A stretch of DNA of 64,000 nt from the human T2T-CHM13v2.0 reference genome, Homo sapiens. The stretch is from the NCBI RefSeq assembly GCF_009914755.1, contig NC_060933.1. The stretch is one strand, 5' to 3'. The position numbers and the translations under genes were made by a program. Shown here in pieces: positions 42,601 to 64,000 of the stretch (positions within the stretch are counted from its first letter, which is position 1; each line of letters starts with the position of its first letter). The notes beneath the pieces were generated by a model. The model was not told the DNA's origin. It saw nothing but the letters and a program-made list of their open reading frames with translations, and searched no databases.

Positions 42601-43246
42601 GTATTCAACTGAGTACTGCTCAGCTTGGTACATGTGAGGAAATCCCGGGTCTAGAGAAGGAAAACAACATGAGAGGATTAGAGGCAAACTCTTCAGAACT
42701 CTAGGGCGAAGAATAGTGCCTCTTCCTGCCGGCCGAAGTGGAAAGCCTCATAAATCACTTCGCATTGGAAACAGTGCTCAGAAACGTTTTGTCTCGGTGC
42801 TGGGAGAATATGAGTCCTACCCAGAATGCCACTTGGATCTCACCTAACAACGCTTAAAAGCAAGACCCAAACAAATCAAACTATTTCCAAGTAAGAGCCC
42901 AGAACAAAGCCCAAGAAGCGCATAGGAATACAAAAGCACCCGGTAACGGGCGGCTGTCAAAGGTAGCAGAGGGGCAGGCCCTGGTACGCAGTGGCTGAGG
43001 CCATCTCCTGGGCCACCTGTGGCTATCACAGCCAAACAGGTACTGCTGGACCAAGAGGTGGTGGTCCTGGGTGGCAAGGGCATCAGCGTTTCTGGCAATT
43101 TCTACAGAAACAAGTGAAAGTGCCTGCCCTTCCCCTGCAAGTGGATGAACGCCAACCTATCCTGCGCCCCCTACCACTTCCAGGCCCCCAGCCACATCTT
43201 TAGGCAGACTGTGTGGGGCATGCTGCCCCGAAGACTAAGTGAGGCC

Positions 43247-54215
<10,969 letters not shown>

Positions 54216-55039
54216 TCAAGAAAACCATTTTATCATCCTGTTACAACAAGGTCAATAATAGGTGTTAGCTATTGGCGGTTCTGTGCTGAGGGCCTTGCCT
54301 GATGACCCCCCGGAACCCTCCTCCCTGTGAGGAAAGCGTAACCCTGTCTTGCAGATGAGGAAACCGAGGCTCAGTGGTGCCGCCGAATCACTCGGATTTG
54401 CTAAGCGCTTACTCTGGGCTGGGCACTTGTCCAGAAGCTCAGGACCATCGGCTTCACGTGCCTCCGCAATCTCGTGAGGTGAGGAACCACCTCCGTCCCC
54501 ACTCCATGTCCTAGGAAACCGAGACCTGAGAGGAGGGGGACTTGCTCAAGGTCACAGCCGTAGAGGCACCGCCCGCCCAGGAGGGCTCACATGACCCTCT
54601 CCGGCCTCCAGGCCCAGCTGCAAGAGGAAGCACCGTCCTGGGGAGCCCGGAGACCCAGGCCCCCCTCACAGGCGAGGGGCTGGCACGCGGCCTCTGGAGG
54701 AACTTCTGGCCTTCACCGTCTCCGCCTGGTCACTCGTCAATGGCCGGCTGCCTTCTGGAAAGCTGCTGCTGCGCGACAGTGACCCTGGGTGGAGTGAGGC
54801 ATCCACGGGTGCTCGCTCCCAGAGATGGAGGCCGGAGCCCTGAGCAGAGGCGCCGGCTGTGCCCCGGTCCTCTGTGGCCCCCAGGGCTGCAGAGCTGGGC
54901 AGGTCGATTCCCTTGTCACTCCTAAAAGAACATTTGAAGCCCCCAGCAGGCTGGTGTGGGCACCCCAGTTCCTCAGCTACTCTGGGCTCTCCTTCCCCAG
55001 AGGCTGTGGGACCTGCCTTCCGGCCTCCGTCACATGACC

Positions 55040-55209
55040 GCACAGCGAGGAGGCGCTTCTGTGAACCAGGAGGTGGCCCTCACCACGCAGAAACTGTGGG
55101 CGCCTTCATCTTGGACTTCCAGCCTCCAGAACTGTGAAGGATTGGTTTCTGTGGTTGACGAGGCATCCGGTCTATGGTTACTTTATTCTAGAGCCCAACT
55201 GGGCCAAGG

Positions 55210-55210
<1 letters not shown>
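55040..55210 (+). mobile_element. MaLR (MLT1/MST) LTR 3' fragment
   Basis: GCCCTCACCA...CCTTCATCTTGGACTTCCAGCCTCCAGAACTGTGA...GTCTATGGTTACTTT motif. Confidence 0.7.
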
Positions 55211-56215
<1,005 letters not shown>

Positions 56216-56853
56216 GGTAAAGCATTTTAATACGTTTGTGTGACTGTCTGACCAGCATTCAGTCTGCATTTGTCATGGATGCTGAGAATCCCACATCACT
56301 AAGCCAGGCCCCTGTGGTCTAGATGTTGCAGAAGAATTGAGCCGTATTTAGAGAGAAGAGTCCCTGGTCTCTGAGCTAAGCCCTGGTGCTCAGTGTGATT
56401 ATTCTGGGGGCTCCATTTGCATGTTTAACACGGAGCACAACTGCTATGCCTTTGCTGGGCCCCGGACCGGGGAGGACAGGGTAAGTGTGCGTGTCTCTGG
56501 CCTGACGATTAGGAAACTCAGGCATGTGAGGTTGAGCGACAAGCCTGGCCTCACTCAGCAAGGCAAGTGGCAGCCAGGAATAGTGCAGGGCTCCCAGCTG
56601 TGTCTGGCCCGCCGTAAACACCCACCCTTCTTCTGTCTGATTGAAAAGGGAACATGAAATAAGAACCAGGGCTCAGGCTGATACAGGAACTAATCCTGCC
56701 TCTGCATTCCAAGTCGTGCCGTCTGGGCCTGAAGGGAGCTGGGCTGGCCTTCGCCAGTTCCCATGTTGATTTCGGGTTCACCTCCCTGCACACAGGCACA
56801 GAGATGGAGTTCATTCACTCCGACGTGTTCGCTTGCATTTAGTAGTTTCCATC

Positions 56854-59679
<2,826 letters not shown>

Positions 59680-60349
59680 ACATCTCCATTTTTCCATACA
59701 AAGTAAGTAGGGCTCAGAGGGGCTGAGTGTCGGGCTCAAGCTCACATAAACGGCCTTGAACCTGTGATCTACCTTCAGAGCCCACAGCCACTCCAGGACC
59801 TCCAGGGCCCCCACCCATGTTTACACAAGAAAGCTCCATTTATAAGATGGTATCCATTCAAGGCTGGGGCCCCACAGGACCCCTCAACAGCTGCTGGCTG
59901 AGGGCAGGGCATGGAGCCCCCGTCCAGACTGACACTGTCCTGCTTGTCCACAAGAAGACAGCTTTGCAGGCCCAAGTTAAGGGTCAATCTAAACCTTAAT
60001 CGCCCTTGACATAGGGGTTTTACTGTTCGCCAAAAAGTCAAGCTGCCCCCAATTCCTAGCTCTACCTCCAAGCCCACCACCCTCCAGGCAGGGCACTGGC
60101 AGGGGCACTTCCAGGTGCAAGGCTGAGACCGCAGGGCTGCTCTCGCTGGAGCTGGGGCTGTGAACAGAAGCAGCTGGAAGGAGCAGGACTCAAAGGCTGG
60201 CTCCCTCCTCCCATCTCCCAGGCCCTGAGCACGGGGATCCCAGCCTCAGCCCATCCTCCTGCCCCCCAGATACGTTCACCCCCGCAGCCAGCACCGCTGA
60301 GCCACCCACCCCAAAGTGAATCTCCACTTCAGAAACATCCAGGACCTAG

Positions 60350-63101
60350 CCAAGCCTACTTTAAAATTACATTTTATTTCTCTTTATGAATATTTGCTTT
60401 TTGTTTTTTGTAAAAAAAAAAAAGGTTCATTTTACATCTTCTTCAAGAGTCTTGTGCCTCCTGGTAAGTGCATTGGTTTGTTTCACAGTACTCTCCACGA
60501 CCAAGGACGGTTCTTATTGCTGGAAGGAGTGAGTGGATGTCCACGCCAGGGCGGGGCTGGAGGACATAAGAAGAATCGGGGCCCTGGCAGGAAGCCTGGG
60601 GCCTGTGCTCCAACAAGAGCAAGGAGGCTGAAGGAGCAGACCGGGGCTCAGCTGAGCGTCCGTGGCCGGACCTGCAGCCTCTCCAGGGTGTTCCTAGCCC
60701 TTCTTCGGTGAGGAAGGGCAGAAAGAAGGGGCACGGGTGAAGGTGGGTCAGGGGGCAAGGTGGGCTGGGGGCCGGGCATGCAGTGGGAGGGGTGCTGGCT
60801 CCTGCCTCGAGTGTTTGCTCTCACTCAAGAAATGCGGGTTCGGGGGTCCTTCACCCCCTAGCAGCTCAGGAAGCCCCTTTCCATTCTGGTCTCCAGCCCC
60901 ACCTCCAGGAATAAACCAGCGGCCTGAGACCCGCTTCCTGAACCCCCAGGGTCCTGTCCCTGCTTTAGTGCAACAAAGACCTGAGTGGAGAAGTCTCCAG
61001 TGAATGAAAGCTGAGTCCCAGCCCTGTCCCCACCCATCCTCAGACATGCAGCTGGGACCCACTGTTCCCCTAAGGCTACTGCCTTTCGGGGTGGCACGGC
61101 CTCCATCCTCACAAGAGAACCTGCAGTTTCTGCGGGGAGGTCCTGGCCCCCATCAGGGGCCCCCTGAGCACCGTGCCAGCCGGCAGCTCCAGCCCAGTGT
61201 GTCCCAGGACAGCCTCCTGGCACGAGCTGGGCCCGGAGACCGACGGCAGTGGCTAAACGGTCATTAAGCACCCCTTGAATAAACGCAATAGCCCGTGGAC
61301 AAAGGAGCAGGGCAGGGACTTTGGTTCCCACACCGTCCCACGCTGTCACGGAGACTCTTACAAGTGGCTCATCTGCAGCAGAAATGGATTATTTTTCTAA
61401 ATGGACGGTTTTCTGTGCTTGATAATTATTAGGCTGAGTGTGGGTCCCGGGCGGGTAGCTGTGGGTTTGGCAAGCTGGAAGGAGCGTGGCTTCAGCGGGA
61501 TGTCCCCTAATAGCCCCTGCAAGTGGCCACAAGGCCGACACTGCTCAGAACCCTGGCACAATGGGTCAGGACTAAGTAAGCCCTGGAGCTCCAGTGACCT
61601 GGGACCAAGGGAGGGCAGGTCCCAGGGATGGGCTTCCAGACGTCTGTCCTCACCTGTCGCTCTCCACTGTGCCAGCCCAGCCTCCAGAGTGGCTCTGAAC
61701 CCTCTCGACGATAAGCCCACCCAGCCCTCCCAGCCCTTGGCCTGGATTCACTTATTTGAGGACAGGAAGCAGGGGCTCGGCCGACTGCCTCCCAAGACTT
61801 CCCTAGAGCTTGGGTGCCTTCCACCTCCATCACTGTGGCACCCAGAGCCTGACTGCACCGTCCCGCTGCCCTGAGGGCCTGGGAGGGGCGCCCCTGAGAA
61901 CGAGCCCTGTCTTGGCCCTTTTACAGTACACCAGGGGCCAGCCAGCCACAGGGGCCGGGGCCCACCCGATTCAAGTCTTAAAATGCCCTGCAAGAAGGGA
62001 CGTGAATGCCTTCCTTACCTTTGAGACTAACATTGAGGCTGTGTGTCGGCGGTCCAGGTGGCCGGCCCCCAGGCATTTGGGACCAGTGTGGATGGAGAAG
62101 GAAAAAGCCACACACCTGGAGGAAGGGCCAGGGACTCAACTGGGGGTGGGTCCTGAGGACTGAGAGGGTGAAAATTCCCTGGGCTCACAGGAGCCTGCCT
62201 CTCTCCTCCTAGAGCCGCCCAAGGGAAGTTAAGGCTGCTGGGAAGAGAGGGGAGAAGAGGCCAGGCGACTGGTGGAGCCACCCCCCGCCAGAGCTCACAG
62301 CCCCTCTCCGCAGGTGCAGGGATACGACCTGGGGGTGGAGGGAGAGAAGGGGCTGTTCAGGCAGAATCTACCTGTGGTTTTATTTCTGCCAAAAAGAAAG
62401 AGTGAGCAGCTGGTTTCGGGTCTAAATGCCCATCCTCACCCTTCTCCCAAGACAACCGGGAAGAAGGGCTCAAGAGACTCTCGCGGGCGACCCCAACCCT
62501 CCCTCCACCTCTGGCAGAAGAGGAAAAGTCCGGTAGAAAAGAGATCCTGCTTTCTTTCTCCGATTGGTTTTCTTCCTTTCAATTCAGCTTAAGGCAAAAG
62601 TTTGGCAAAGCAAGTCTACATAAGGCCGCATGACAGAGGGCGGAGGGACCTGGGGGGAAGGCCGGCCAGCGCCACAAATCGGCAGCAGTGTGGATCTGTC
62701 TCTTTGATCGGGGGCTGGAGCTTCCCTCCTAATCAGCTCCCCCTCCTCCTGCCCCTGAGCCCCCAAAAGAGGAGTTTTTTTAAAAAACGGAAAAAGCAGT
62801 GTTTCAGGGAATCTGTTACAAGTGAGCGACTGAAACTGAGAAAAAGGAGAGGCAAGGAGACCAGAGGTCACCCTGAGGGCGCACGTGGGGTCTGTCTGTC
62901 CTGCTTAGATCTCCCCTCTCCCTGAAAGGAAGCAGGTGCCGAGAGCCGGGGAGGCCTTCCCGGGGGCATCAGCACAGTGAGATCCGCCCGCTGGAGAGGG
63001 TAGAATGGTTGTATCTTGCTGAATGACTGAAGAGTGAGTCTGAGTTTTGTTTTCAGCGGTATTATTATTTGTGAGTCTAACCTAGCGGGTGGTCCTGGCT
63101 G
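60350..63101 (-). other. FAM78A: FAM78A 3'UTR (~2.7 kb; end approximate)
   Basis: Alu-free sequence between the stop and a minus-strand AATAAA in an AU-rich block. Confidence 0.75.
60373..60378 (-). terminator. FAM78A poly(A) signal (AATAAA on - strand)
   Basis: TTTATT on + strand within an isolated AT-rich patch; TGTA and a U-run lie upstream on the - strand. Confidence 0.75.
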
Positions 63102-63630
63102 TCACCGGTGCTTGGGCGGGATCACCACCAGCGGCTGCCCATACTTGGGCCGCCACATGAGGACCTGGGCATCGTTGGCATTGGGCTTGACCAGGGCGCT
63201 GGGCGGGATGGGCTCATTCTTGCTCAGGATTTTGGGCTGGTCCTGGGCGATGGGCTCCCGCAGCCGGGCGCGCTGGCCCAGGGGCCGGTTGGGGTTCACC
63301 TCGATGCTGAGCTGCATGCGCCAGTGCAGCGTCTGCAGGATGATCATGTCGTTGGTGGAGGTGTTGGTGGCCACCAGCCAGGTGGTGAAGCTCTGGTCCC
63401 GGTAGATGTTGGTGAGCTTGGCCACGTTGCTCTCGCTGACGGGCACGGCCCATGTGACGCTGGGGTAAAAGTTGTCATTCATGCTGATGATGAACTTGGA
63501 GTCCCTCTTGGTGGGGCCCACGATGGTGCAGGTCTCTGTGGTGTTGCCGTACCAGGGGTAGTTCACCCCGTCCGAGTCGCTGATGGCTTGGATCTTGCCC
63601 TCCTGGAGGTCGGGGAGCTCCCAGCTGGAC
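63102..63630 (-). CDS. FAM78A: FAM78A last coding exon: (M)SSWELPDLQEGKIQAISDSDGVNYPWYG...PLVVIPPKHR-stop
   Basis: Minus-strand ORF with strong GC3 codon bias; acceptor TTGTCCTCAG|G at 63631/63630; stop TGA at 63104-63102; peptide recognised as FAM78A. Confidence 0.94.
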
Positions 63631-64000
63631 CTGAGGACAAGGAAGGCCAGTTCACTCACTCGGTCACTCAAGGAGGGCTTTCTGTGTCCCCCTGGCAGGC
63701 CAGGGGCTGTCCTGGGCCCTGAGGATGGAACGGACCCAGCAGACCACCCGGTCCCCTTTGACGTTCTGGGGGCAGGGGGTCAGACAGTAGCTCGGAGTCA
63801 CTGTCATCACTGCTGCTGTTACAATCATAACCCTCAGACAGAAGAAGGTGGCCGGCCTGGCCCAAGTTGCTCTAGGGACATACAGATCCCACACTCCCAT
63901 GTGGCCATGGATATAGTAGCATCTGGGAGCCCACCCCAGACTGTAGGGGCCCCTTACTTTAACATTACAGGCTCACAGACAATCTTCTCCATGCAACCCC

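Noticed and set aside
60910-61283. Two + strand AATAAAC motifs within the FAM78A 3'UTR
   Set aside because: No U/GU-rich downstream elements and no supportable + strand transcript.
63631-63671. N-terminal part of ORF 63102-63671 (MSDRVSELAFLVLR)
   Set aside because: Intronic sequence upstream of the splice acceptor at 63631.
63108-63722. 204-aa + strand ORF (and ORF 63034-63405) opposite FAM78A
   Set aside because: Antisense shadow of a GC3-rich coding exon; non-ATG start and no recognisable protein features.

Overview
This is human (primate) genomic DNA that I recognise as the NUP214-FAM78A interval (chr9q34 from memory, not from a search). The + strand carries the 3' part of NUP214/CAN: the end of the very large exon (canonical exon 29), seven further exons (30-36) encoding the Ser/Thr/Pro-rich and FG-repeat C-terminus ending ...QGFGGWRS*, and a 3'UTR with two poly(A) signals. 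The - strand carries the last coding exon and a ~2.7 kb 3'UTR of FAM78A, convergent with NUP214. The rest is intron and ~23 kb of intergenic DNA, containing about 50 Alu copies or fragments, fragmented old L1M elements, MIR/L2/MLT/MER DNA relics, two ERVK solo LTRs (MER11, LTR13) with intact 6-bp TSDs, and an Alu-disrupted RPL13A processed pseudogene. Nearly all other ORFs in the track are Alu-derived or shadow ORFs. I see no evidence of a wholly new gene system. The best second-look leads are RNA-level: a distant-branch-point architecture before NUP214 exon 33, a 25-nt penultimate microexon whose skipping gives an NMD-escaping 61-aa alternative C-terminus, phase-1 modularity of the FG exons, a candidate poison exon in intron 31, a TGA-CAGCCA (CARYYA) readthrough context at the FAM78A stop, a sense-oriented intronic LTR with a non-canonical poly(A) hexamer, and two cases of Alu re-insertion at the same target site. 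Exon numbers and repeat subfamily names are from memory, and repeat boundaries are approximate.
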